From a bacterium (GTDB taxonomy: Bacteria > UBA8248), in the NCBI GenBank assembly GCA_963692865.2, contig OY843592.1, positions 992,001 through 1,056,000 of the forward strand: a stretch of DNA of 64,000 nucleotides. The letters run 5' to 3'. A program made the translations under genes and the position numbers. Position 1 is the first letter of the stretch. Each line of letters begins with the position of its first letter. Under the pieces are notes generated by a model. The model was given only the letters and a program-made list of their open reading frames with translations. It had not been told where the DNA came from and did no database searches. Shown here one piece after another: positions 10,330 to 19,395 of the stretch.

Positions 10330-10640
10330 GGGGTTGTTGAATAAGTGCAATGCGGGAGGCTTTGCGTTTATTGTAGGGACAGGTCGCGACCTGTCCCTAC
10401 GGTAGGTGGTGGTTCCTCCCTGTTCGGTTGGAACCGACTTCTCGGGGCCAATGACGAATTTGGTTTTTGTTCGTCATTCCGGCGAAAGCCGGAATCCATT
10501 TGCGGGTGCGGGTGAATGAACGGCGGCATTTCATTCCCCGCCGGTGTGCGGGAACCCTGGCGAAAGGCAAAAGGCGTAAAATGGATTCCGGCTTTCGCCG
10601 GAATGACGGTGAATACTCTCGATGGAGGGTCAACAATCCC
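10330..10640. mobile_element. MITE-like element carrying a GTAG-REP and a dRS3-like palindrome doublet
   Basis: Left TIR GGGGTTGTTGAATAA, degenerate right end TCAACAATCCC; flanks TTGAG/TTGTG; interior GTAGGGACAGGTCGCGACCTGTCCCTAC and inverted copies of GTCATTCCGGCGAAAGCCGGAATCC. Confidence 0.7.
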
Positions 10641-10770
10641 TTGTGAGGCTTTTTCATCGGGCTTTCCCCTCGGGAAGCACGACCCCACATGGAAGGATTT
10701 CGAATTATTTCTGTGCTTGCCGGAAACTTTCGATGGGCTTGCGGCCTGTCATGAACGAAGAGGTGGAGAG

Positions 10771-12060
10771 ATGACTACAGAAAAAAGGACGGACTACCTC
10801 GCAAGGGCACGCGCTTCCCTCCCGGGCGGTTGGCTCGGGGACCTGACGCTCCCGGACGAGATGATGCTTATCGCCTCTCGCGGAGAGGGAAGCCGCCTCT
10901 ATGACGTGGATGGGCGCGGTTACCTCGATTTTACGATGGGCGGGGGATCCCTGATTCTGGGCCACGCGCATCCGTCCATCCTCGAGGCGGTGCGAAGGCA
11001 GATGGAACTCGGCTCCACCTTCTATACGCTGAGTGACCGCTCCATCGAGTTGGCCGAGGAACTGGTGAAGGCGATTCCTTGCGCGGAGCTTGTGCGTTTC
11101 GCCTCAACGGGCGGGGAGGCCACGTTCTACGCGTTGCGGCTGGCGCGCGCCTTCACCGGCAAGGAGAAAATTCTGAAATTCGAAGGGAGCTACATCGGCC
11201 ACAGCGACTACGGAATGATGAGCGTTTCCCCTCCGCGCCCGAACCTGTACCCGTCTCACCACCCCGATTCGGCCGGGATTCCCGCAGCGGTCCAGGAACT
11301 GGTGATCACGGCTCCCTTCAACAACGCCGATATCGCCTGCGGGCTGGTGGAAGAGCACGCCGGGGAGCTTGCCGCCGTCATCGTCGAGCCCGTTCAGCGG
11401 TCGATTCCTCCTGCCCCGGGTTTTCTAGAAGGGCTCCGCCAGGTGACGACCGAACGCGGGGTACTGCTCGTATATGATGAGGTGGTTACCGGATTCCGCC
11501 TCGCCTACGGAGGGGCGCAGGAGTATTTTGGCGTCGTTCCCGATCTGGCGGCTTACGGCAAAGCAGTCGCGTGCGGATTCCCCTTGTCGGCGGTCGCGGG
11601 ACGGGCGGACGTGATGGAGCTGGCGGACCCCGGCCGCAAGGGGGAGCCGGATTACGTCTACATCAGCGGCACGCTCTCGGGTAACCCGACCTGCGCCGCC
11701 GCGGCGCTCGCCACCTTGCAGGAATTGTCCCGGCCCGGCGTTTATGACGGCCTGCACAGGATGGGGGATCGATACCGCAAGGAATTAGCGGCGTTGTTCG
11801 ACGAACACGGGATTCCCGCCCGGGTGCAGGGCATCGGGCCCTTTTTCCAGGTGTTTTTCACCCAGAATCCGGTCGCCGACTATCGGGGTCAGACGCAGGC
11901 GGACAGGAAGCGGTTCGAATCTTTCGTCCGAAAAATGTTCGTGCGAGGCGTTTTCATGAGCCGCAGGGCGAAGAACTATCTTTCCACGGCCCACAGCGAA
12001 TCGGACCTGGGCGAGTTCCTGGAAGCCGCGCGGGCCGTATGCGCAGGAGGCCTAGATTGA
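10771..12060 (+). CDS. Class III PLP-dependent aminotransferase (GSA-aminomutase-like)
   Basis: GEGSRLYDVDG..YLD, STGGEAT, KFEGSYIG, YDEVVTGFR, DLAAYGK (PLP Lys), SGTLSGNP; start at ATG 10771 after GGTGGAG. Confidence 0.9.
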   Translation: MTTEKRTDYLARARASLPGGWLGDLTLPDEMMLIASRGEGSRLYDVDGRGYLDFTMGGGSLILGHAHPSILEAVRRQMELGSTFYTLSDRSIELAEELVKAIPCAELVRFASTGGEATFYALRLARAFTGKEKILKFEGSYIGHSDYGMMSVSPPRPNLYPSHHPDSAGIPAAVQELVITAPFNNADIACGLVEEHAGELAAVIVEPVQRSIPPAPGFLEGLRQVTTERGVLLVYDEVVTGFRLAYGGAQEYFGVVPDLAAYGKAVACGFPLSAVAGRADVMELADPGRKGEPDYVYISGTLSGNPTCAAAALATLQELSRPGVYDGLHRMGDRYRKELAALFDEHGIPARVQGIGPFFQVFFTQNPVADYRGQTQADRKRFESFVRKMFVRGVFMSRRAKNYLSTAHSESDLGEFLEAARAVCAGGLD

Positions 12061-12062
12061 CC

Positions 12063-14123
12063 ATGAGCGATAGCCGGACGATTCCAGAGAGCGCCTCGGC
12101 CGACGCCGTCACGGTCTCGGTGGTTCAGGAACTCCTGATCTCCGTTGTCCGCGAGATGCGGGTTACTTTTTCCAGAAGCGCCTTCTCGTCGATCATCAAC
12201 GAAGGACACGATTTTTCCTGCGCCCTTCTTTCGCCGGAAGGAGGTCTGGTCGCCCAATCCGAAGATCATCCAGGCCATATCTTCCCGATCTCCTACGCCG
12301 CCGGAGCGGTTTTCACGCGCTACGCAGGCGATATTCATCCGGGCGACGTTTTCCTCCTGAACGACCCCTATATTTGCGGAACCCACATGAACGACATGGC
12401 GATGTTCTGCCCCCGGTTTCACGATGGCCGCGCCCTGGTATTCCCCGCGCTCCGCGCGCATTGGGGGGACGTCGGCGGCTCGGTGGCCGGCAGTCTCTCA
12501 GGCGACGCCTCCCACATCTTCATGGAGGGAATGATCGTCCCGCCCATCCGGCTCTATTCCCGGGGCGAGTTGAACCGCGAATGCCTGGAGGTCGTTCTCC
12601 GGAACATGCGGGGCCGCGAGGACAGGCATGGCGACCTGATGGCCATGCTCGGCACCTGCAGGCTGGCGCAGCAGCGCCTGGACGAAATCGAGGATCGATA
12701 TGGACGGGAAACGCTCCAGGCGGTGAACGATAATCTCCTCGACCGGGCGGAGAAACGGATGCGGGCGGCCATCAGCGCGCTTCCAGACGGAACATTCCAC
12801 TACGAGAACTATATCGACAACAGCGGGACGGGAGTCGAGCCGCTCAGAATTTCACTTCGCCTCCAGATCAAGGAAGATCAAATCCACTGTGATTTCAGCG
12901 GGACTTCCGGGCAGGTGAAAGGGCCCACGAACGCAGGCCCTGCCACGGCCGCCACGTCGTGCTTCATGGTGCTGAAATCGCTCCTCGATCCCGCGCTGAG
13001 CGTGAACGCGGGCTGTTTCCGTCCGCTTACGATGGACGCGCCGGAAGGGTCTATTCTCAATGCGGAATTCCCCGCTCCATTCGGCGGCGCTTCCGACGTA
13101 AGGCGCACGATCGAGTCGTGCGTTCTGGGCGCGGCGGTCCAGGCGATGCCCGACCTCGCGGTGGGCGACACCAAGGGGGCGGCCAACCATTGCTACATCG
13201 CCGGCGCCCAGCCGGACTCGGGCGAGGCCTTCCTCTACTATGAATACCCGGCGGGGGGCACGGGCGCGCTCGCGGGAAGCGACGGAGACCACGCCCTCAG
13301 AACCTACACCGAAGGGGATTTTAATGCCGTCCAGCCGGTGGAGAGCCTTGAAGCCACGCTCCCGCTCCTCGTGGAGGCGAGCGGCCTCAGGGTCGGCTCC
13401 TGCGGCCACGGGGAGTGGCGCGGCGGTTTGGGAATGGAGCGGAAGGTTCGCCTGGAGACCGGCGGCGCGGGCCTCACCGTTTTGACGGACCGCGTGATCA
13501 TTCCTCCCTATGGAGTGGACGGCGGGACTTCGGGCGGAGGAAACCGGTTCACGGTGTTCCGGGAAGGGTCGGAGGTGGAGCCTTCCGAAGTTCCGGGAAA
13601 GGCCACGGCCTTTCCGCTCTTAGAAGGCGACGCCGTGATTCTCCGCTCCGCGGGCGGCGGCGGCTGGGGAGACCCACTGGCCCGCACGCCCGAGGCTGTG
13701 CTGGCCGACCTCCGGCTGGGATACATCACGGTGGAGGATGCGCGCGAAGTCTACGGCGTGGTCCTGACGGACGGAGCGCTCGATATGGCCGCGACCTCCG
13801 CTGCGCGGGAGCAGCTTAGGATGCGAAGGATGTATCTCACCGTCCGCCTGAATGACGAGGACGCTTACAGCGGCAGCCGGCGGCTTTGCCCGATGTCTCC
13901 CGAGACGGCGGGGGGACACGGATTTTCGGAGGGGATGCTCGTGGAGTATGTTCCTGCCCGCGGTGCGCCGCTCAGGGCCTGGGTGAAATTCGCGCCGGGT
14001 CTGGCCGCAGGGGAAACTTACCTCGGGCCAATCGGGGCGAGCATTCTGAAACTACAAGACAAAGAAGAAATATGGCTCCGGTCGATTGCAACTCCCTATT
14101 CGCACCCCCCGCTGGCCTCGTGA
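12063..14123 (+). CDS. Hydantoinase B/oxoprolinase subunit with C-terminal extension
   Basis: SAFSSII.EGHDFSCAL, NDPY..GTHMND, HWGDVGG, GHGEWRGGLG, AGGGGWGDPLAR motifs. Confidence 0.93.
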   Translation: MSDSRTIPESASADAVTVSVVQELLISVVREMRVTFSRSAFSSIINEGHDFSCALLSPEGGLVAQSEDHPGHIFPISYAAGAVFTRYAGDIHPGDVFLLNDPYICGTHMNDMAMFCPRFHDGRALVFPALRAHWGDVGGSVAGSLSGDASHIFMEGMIVPPIRLYSRGELNRECLEVVLRNMRGREDRHGDLMAMLGTCRLAQQRLDEIEDRYGRETLQAVNDNLLDRAEKRMRAAISALPDGTFHYENYIDNSGTGVEPLRISLRLQIKEDQIHCDFSGTSGQVKGPTNAGPATAATSCFMVLKSLLDPALSVNAGCFRPLTMDAPEGSILNAEFPAPFGGASDVRRTIESCVLGAAVQAMPDLAVGDTKGAANHCYIAGAQPDSGEAFLYYEYPAGGTGALAGSDGDHALRTYTEGDFNAVQPVESLEATLPLLVEASGLRVGSCGHGEWRGGLGMERKVRLETGGAGLTVLTDRVIIPPYGVDGGTSGGGNRFTVFREGSEVEPSEVPGKATAFPLLEGDAVILRSAGGGGWGDPLARTPEAVLADLRLGYITVEDAREVYGVVLTDGALDMAATSAAREQLRMRRMYLTVRLNDEDAYSGSRRLCPMSPETAGGHGFSEGMLVEYVPARGAPLRAWVKFAPGLAAGETYLGPIGASILKLQDKEEIWLRSIATPYSHPPLAS

Positions 14124-14131
14124 GCAACCTC

Positions 14132-14420
14132 GGACAGGCGCAGGGGCCTGTCCGCTACAAAACCACCCCCCCCTTAACAGGGGGATAAAGGCGATACTCG
14201 CCGACGAGGAAGTGCAAGAAAAGCCCCAATTCCTTGGCTCGGTGAATAGAGCCGACAGGGGGATGGCGGAGAATCACTCCCCCTCAAGGGGGGAGTGAAC
14301 TTCAAAAGCGTCTGCGCAACTCAAAATTGCTTCCCGGAGGTTTTTCAACAACCCCTGACAAGGGGGGGGGTGGGGGTCGAACGCGATCGGGGAGGGAGCG
14401 TTCGCTGCCCTTGACGGGGC
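14132..14420. repeat. Intergenic repeat cluster including one MITE arm
   Basis: 14274-14355 is an inverted homolog of 34173-34253 and 43388-43460 and ends in TTTTTCAACAACCCC; also GGACAGGCGCAGGGGCCTGTCC and a CCTGACAAGGGGGG poly-G/C hairpin. Confidence 0.7.
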
Positions 14421-14534
14421 TTTTTCCACACCCCCCGGATCGGGCCTCCATGACACTCCGAGCACAATGAATTACAATTCCTCCACAGATCGAACCCGGC
14501 CAATAGAGACCTGATTCTTCGGGAGGATACCAGG

Positions 14535-15923
14535 ATGCCTGAGTCAGCCGATTATCTTCTAAGCGGGGGAACCGTCATCACGGTGGATGAGGAGCGCCGC
14601 ATTATCCGCGACGGCGCAGTCGCCATACGGGGAGACCGGATCGCCGCCGTCGGAAAGGCGGAGGAGTTGAGCCGGGAATTCACCGCCGGGCGCACGATTG
14701 ACGCAAAGGGCAAGCTCATCATGCCCGGTTTCGTGAACTCCCACATGCATTTCTACCACACCATGCACCGGGGGCTGGCTCCGGAAAATCTCGGAGGCAT
14801 GCCGTGGTCCGACTACGTGCACAGATACATCGCCACGGTCCTCACGCCCGAGGACGAGATATACGGCGGGCTGACGATTCTCCTGGAAACCTTAAAGGCG
14901 GGCACCACCACTTTTCTGGAGGCGGGCTCCTACAACCCGGCGGCGGTCATCGAGGGAATCTCGCGCATCGGCATGCGCGGCCTGATGGGCAGGCGCTCCT
15001 TCGACGATGAGCTTCTGGGTCACAGCATGCTTCTGGAAGATACCGAGACCTGCCTCAAGGAAAATCTCGCCTTCCTGGAAAAGTACAAGGACGGCTACAA
15101 CGGCGGGTTGATCAAGGCGTGTGTGGATGTCGTCGGGCTCGGCCGCTGTTCGGACAAGCTGTATATCGAATCGAAGAAGATGGCGGATGATTACGGGACC
15201 ACCCTGAACTTTCACCTTGCGGCCATGTTCGAGGAATTGACGGCTACGCGCATGCGGTATGGCCGCCGTCCCGTCGAGCATATGTATCATCTGGGCGTGC
15301 TCGGGCCGAATACGGTTCTCGTACACATGATTCACGTGAGCGAGCGGGAAATCGACATGCTGGCCGAAAAAGAGGCGCGGGTGATCCACTGCCCCTCGAC
15401 GGCGCTCAAGATTTCCTACGGCAACGCGGCGTTCGCAAGGTTTCCGGAGATGCTGGCCAAAGGGGTCACCGTCGGTATCGGGAGCGACGCTTCGGACTGC
15501 TCGAACTACGCCGACATGATTCGCGTCATGTACCTCGCCGGCGTGCTGCCGAAGGATTATCGCTACGACCCCGACGCCGGCTCCGCGGAGACGGCCATCG
15601 AAATGGCCACCATCAACGGGGCGCGCGCCATCGGAATGGACCATGAAATCGGTTCGCTCGAGGTCGGCAAGAAGGCGGACGTGATCATCATCACCATGAA
15701 GCGGCCGGAGTGGTACCCGCTCTACAGCGAAGTGCAGAACCTCGTGTATTCCGCCTCGGGCGATTCGGTGGAGACGGTGTTCATCGACGGGAAAATCATC
15801 ATGGAAGACCGCCAGGTGAAGACGGTGAATGAGGAGGAGATCCTGGAAAAATGCCAGGAATGCGCGGCGGGAATCCTCATGAGGAGCGGCGTGGAAGTAC
15901 CGGGCAAGTGGCCAATCCTGTGA
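14535..15923 (+). CDS. Metal-dependent amidohydrolase (SsnA/AtzA/MtaD-like family)
   Basis: PGFVNSHMH, LVHM, HCP, GSD, ATINGARAIG, IGSLEVGKKAD motifs; SD GGGAGG. Confidence 0.9.
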   Translation: MPESADYLLSGGTVITVDEERRIIRDGAVAIRGDRIAAVGKAEELSREFTAGRTIDAKGKLIMPGFVNSHMHFYHTMHRGLAPENLGGMPWSDYVHRYIATVLTPEDEIYGGLTILLETLKAGTTTFLEAGSYNPAAVIEGISRIGMRGLMGRRSFDDELLGHSMLLEDTETCLKENLAFLEKYKDGYNGGLIKACVDVVGLGRCSDKLYIESKKMADDYGTTLNFHLAAMFEELTATRMRYGRRPVEHMYHLGVLGPNTVLVHMIHVSEREIDMLAEKEARVIHCPSTALKISYGNAAFARFPEMLAKGVTVGIGSDASDCSNYADMIRVMYLAGVLPKDYRYDPDAGSAETAIEMATINGARAIGMDHEIGSLEVGKKADVIIITMKRPEWYPLYSEVQNLVYSASGDSVETVFIDGKIIMEDRQVKTVNEEEILEKCQECAAGILMRSGVEVPGKWPIL

Positions 15924-16287
15924 CAATCCCGTTCGGTCTGAGGAGAAACATCAGGAGAGGAATTACAGAGTTGCCGCACCGGGTTTTCCTCTTGTGCAAG
16001 ACGAATTCATTGTGAAGCTAAAATAATAGAGCGGATTGCGGACCCGCTTCTCAATGAATTTCGAGAACGATTTTGGGAAGAAGAGCCTGAAACTCTTTAT
16101 GACATGGGTAAATCCGAGTGATTTTGGGTCATATATCCCCAAATTTGAACGAGATAGCGAGAATGACGAACTGTACACGCATTTCCATATCTAAACGGCG
16201 AAAAGCTCCCGTCCCCAAAACGGCTGGAAACTCGAGAGATTTTCCAAGCCATTTGGAATTTTTTGTCAGGCGACTGCGCGTGAATGC

Positions 16288-17082
16288 TCAGACGATCGAA
16301 TGGAATTTGCCACCGTCGACGTTGATCGTCGCTCCCGTGATGTAGCCCGCGTGTACCGACGCCAGGAACACCGCCAGCCCCGCCACTTCCTCGGGAGCGC
16401 CGAAACGTCCGAGGGGAATCTGTGATTCACGTGCCCGCCGCATCTCGTCGATCGACATCCCGCGTTCTTCGGCGAGTTGCTCCGTCATCCAGTCTTGCAT
16501 GGGCGTATCGATCTGCCCCAGACAGATCGTGTTCACCAGGATATTGTCTTTGACAAGCGCCTGGGAAAGTCCCTTGCTCAGGCCCAATAGCGCCGCGTTC
16601 GTCGTGCTTCCCCCCAGAACGCCGGGTAGGGGCTCCTTGCCGGTTCCTCCGATCATGTTGATGATCCGTCCGCCGTCTTGTTTTTTCATGAAGCCCGCCG
16701 CCTCGCGCGAGATCACGAGATAGCCGACGATCTTCGTGTCCACGGTCTTTCGTATCTGCGCCGGCGTCAGCGAGGAGAGCGTACTCGGCGCCGCGCGGCC
16801 GGCGTTGTTCACGAGGATGTCCAGCCGCCCGAACGTCTCGACCACGCGAGACGCCAGCCCGGACGCTTCCTCCTCCACGCCGATGTCCGCACGAAGGGAG
16901 AGACCCGCGCCGCCTTGTTCCTCGACCAGCTCCAAAGTGGCGTCCAGACGGGCTTGATCCCGACCGCAGAAGGCGACCCTCACGCCCTGGTCCGCCAGAG
17001 CCAGTACCGTCGCCTTGCCGATTCCGCTCGTTCCTCCGGTGACGAGAGCAACCTTCCCCTCAAGCCCCATGTCCATTGCCAA
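16288..17082 (-). CDS. SDR family oxidoreductase
   Basis: TGGTSGIG, LDILVNNAG, IPLGRFG.PEEVA, ITGATINVDGG; the YxxxK position reads GSTTN, so the active site is atypical. Confidence 0.9.
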   Translation of the reverse strand: MAMDMGLEGKVALVTGGTSGIGKATVLALADQGVRVAFCGRDQARLDATLELVEEQGGAGLSLRADIGVEEEASGLASRVVETFGRLDILVNNAGRAAPSTLSSLTPAQIRKTVDTKIVGYLVISREAAGFMKKQDGGRIINMIGGTGKEPLPGVLGGSTTNAALLGLSKGLSQALVKDNILVNTICLGQIDTPMQDWMTEQLAEERGMSIDEMRRARESQIPLGRFGAPEEVAGLAVFLASVHAGYITGATINVDGGKFHSIV

Positions 17083-17190
17083 TCCTCATCGCTGGTGAAT
17101 GAACCATCGTTTTCTTCCGGTGGAAGAGAAAGGGCGGCTCTGGATAAAGGCGCCCGGGACGGCGATGCGGCGAAGAGCGCACAACGCTCT

Positions 17191-18297
17191 CTATTCCAGA
17201 ACGATTTTCCCCACGCCGTCCTTCCGGATGATCCGGGTATCGAACTCCGCCGAGAGCCTCTCCACGAGGTCGATCACCTCTTCGGCTCTCTCCCCTTCCA
17301 CCAGGCCGGAATTGCCCGCATCGTCAATCAAGGCCGGCACGAAGCCCAGGTCCGCCGCCCCGTCCTTACCGACCGTGAGTTCAAAGAGGGCCGTCTGCCT
17401 CGGCATGCGCGTCTTGATGAGTTCCGGCGTCATCACGCCGCCGTAGGAGAGTTCGGGGCTTCCGACATCGGGCAGTTCGTGGAAGATGAAATTCCCGATT
17501 CCGTAGAGGATCGGTTTTCCCTTGTATATCTCGACCGCCTGAAGGGTGTGGGAATGATGCCCCAGAACCACGTCCGCGCCCGCGTCCACGAGCGCGCGGC
17601 CGACGCACGTCTGGTATTCCGCCAGGTCGTAGCGGCTCGCCAGCCCCCAGTGACCGGCGATGATCACGATGTCCGCCTCGCGCTTCGCCGCCGCCACGAC
17701 TTTCTGCATGCGCGTGATATCGGCCTGGAGCGGAAAGGTTTTCACCGGGGGGGGCGTCCCGGGCTGTTCCTGTGTTCTCGGGCTCGGCTCCAGGACGAAG
17801 GCGGAAAAGATATGGATGGGTGCCAAGCCGGGGCGCTCCTCGCCCGCGGAGCAGCCGAGCGGAAGGGTGGAGGCGTAACCCAGGAAAGCCACGCGGACGC
17901 CTGCCTTCTCGATGATGGCCGGCGCGTACGCTTCTTCCAGATTCCGGCCCGCCCCCACGCGCCGGACCCCCTTCGCATCGAGAAGAGAGAGGGTGTCGAA
18001 AAGCGCGTCGTAGCCGTAGTCGAGCATGTGATTGTTGGCGAGGGTGACGACGTCCACCCCCATCTCGTCCAGCTCGTCGATCAGGGAGGGATGGGAGCGC
18101 AGGAACGTGTATTTCTCCGCCGGATAGCCCCTCTCGGAATACGGACTCTCCAGGTTGATGAACGTCATGTCGGCCCCCGCCATGCGCTCGAACAGGGCGC
18201 AGACGGGTTCCGCTTCCGGCTCTCCCGGGCGAGGAAGCTTCTGGCCGATGAACACGTCCCCGGCCAACGCGATGGAAACCATCCCTTCGTTGGACAT
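17191..18297 (-). CDS. CapA (PGA_cap) family metallophosphatase, copy 2
   Basis: AGD, NLE, LANNHMLDYG, HWG, GHHSH, YGIGNFIF motifs; no signal peptide. Confidence 0.9.
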   Translation of the reverse strand: MSNEGMVSIALAGDVFIGQKLPRPGEPEAEPVCALFERMAGADMTFINLESPYSERGYPAEKYTFLRSHPSLIDELDEMGVDVVTLANNHMLDYGYDALFDTLSLLDAKGVRRVGAGRNLEEAYAPAIIEKAGVRVAFLGYASTLPLGCSAGEERPGLAPIHIFSAFVLEPSPRTQEQPGTPPPVKTFPLQADITRMQKVVAAAKREADIVIIAGHWGLASRYDLAEYQTCVGRALVDAGADVVLGHHSHTLQAVEIYKGKPILYGIGNFIFHELPDVGSPELSYGGVMTPELIKTRMPRQTALFELTVGKDGAADLGFVPALIDDAGNSGLVEGERAEEVIDLVERLSAEFDTRIIRKDGVGKIVLE

Positions 18298-18312
18298 CTC
18301 GTCTCCCTCCTA

Positions 18313-19395
18313 TTACATCAATGAGGCCGCTTTTTCTTTGAGCCTCACCAGGCCCCGGCCACCTTCCAGCTCTATCTTCGTTCCGTATCTCACCGAGGAG
18401 CCGGACACTTCTCCCAGGATCCGCGCCGCTTCCTCCCGCTCGGCGAGGCGCGGGTGGCCGGATGCGTCCAGAACGAGCGGCGCGAGCGCAAGCTCGCGCA
18501 CTCCCTCCGCCCCTAAGCGGGCCTCCACCAGGAGTTCGTCTTTCGACATGAAATCGTACACGTTCCGGGACATGCCTTCGGGAAGCTCGTGGAACAGGAA
18601 ATTGCTCACGCCGTAGACGATCGGCGTGCTCCCGGCCACTTCCACCGGCTGGATGCAATGCGCGTGGTGGCCGACGATGAGGTCTGCGCCCGCCGCGGCG
18701 AGAGCGTGCCCGGCGTCTTGCTGGTAATCCATGAGGGCGCTCACGTTCGGCAACCCCCAGTGGGGCAGGACGACCACGATATCGGAGGAGCGTTTCGCCT
18801 CGCGCACCGCGTTCTGTAGGGTTCGGACGTCATCGGGGGAGGCGAAAGTCATGGCGGGAGGCGGCGTGCCCGGCTGCTCCTGGGTCCGCGCACTCGGCTC
18901 GACCACCCAGGCCGTGAAGACGTGCAGCGGGTTCACGCCCGGCCTGCCCTCTCCCGCAGCACTTCCCAGGGGAAGCGTGGCCGCACACGTAAGAAAAGCC
19001 ACGCGGATGCCCTTAGCCTCGAGGACGAGCGGACGCGACGCTTCCTCGATGTCTCGTCCCGCCCCCACAAAGGGGATTCCTTCGCTTCCAAGAACCTCCA
19101 GGGTGTCCGTGAAGGCGTCGGGGCCGTAGTCGAGCATGTGGTTGTTCGCGATCGTGACGCAATCGACCCCCAGGTGATGCAGGTCTTCCGCGCGCTCGGG
19201 CGCCGCGCGCATGTGGACGATCTTCTCGGCCGGCGCGCCCCGCCTCGAGAGCGGCATCTCCAAGACGCACACCGAAAGATCCGCCGCCCGGAGCTTGTCG
19301 AGGACGGCTTCCAGGCCGGGTTCATCCCGGGGGAGCGGGCGGTTGACCCAGAAGTCCCCCGCGACAGCCAGGGTGATCGCATCGGCTGCGCTCAT
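18313..19395 (-). CDS. CapA (PGA_cap) family metallophosphatase, copy 1
   Basis: AGD, IANNHMLDYG, PHWG, GHHAH, YGVSNFLF motifs; clear paralog of the adjacent gene (shared QEQPGTPP). Confidence 0.9.
   Translation of the reverse strand: MSAADAITLAVAGDFWVNRPLPRDEPGLEAVLDKLRAADLSVCVLEMPLSRRGAPAEKIVHMRAAPERAEDLHHLGVDCVTIANNHMLDYGPDAFTDTLEVLGSEGIPFVGAGRDIEEASRPLVLEAKGIRVAFLTCAATLPLGSAAGEGRPGVNPLHVFTAWVVEPSARTQEQPGTPPPAMTFASPDDVRTLQNAVREAKRSSDIVVVLPHWGLPNVSALMDYQQDAGHALAAAGADLIVGHHAHCIQPVEVAGSTPIVYGVSNFLFHELPEGMSRNVYDFMSKDELLVEARLGAEGVRELALAPLVLDASGHPRLAEREEAARILGEVSGSSVRYGTKIELEGGRGLVRLKEKAASLM

Noticed and set aside
10516-10770. ORF extensions and small ORFs running through repeats (e.g. 10516, 4664, 48862, 63325-63783)
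   Set aside because: These are translations of palindromic repeats (KWIPAFAGMT, GLLKK); downstream ATGs fit the recognised domain boundaries better.
15924-16287. AT-rich stretch between convergent genes with a short protein-like frame (..IADPLLNEFRERFWEEEPETLYDMGKSE*)
   Set aside because: No convincing start or recognisable family; it may be a gene remnant but cannot be supported.
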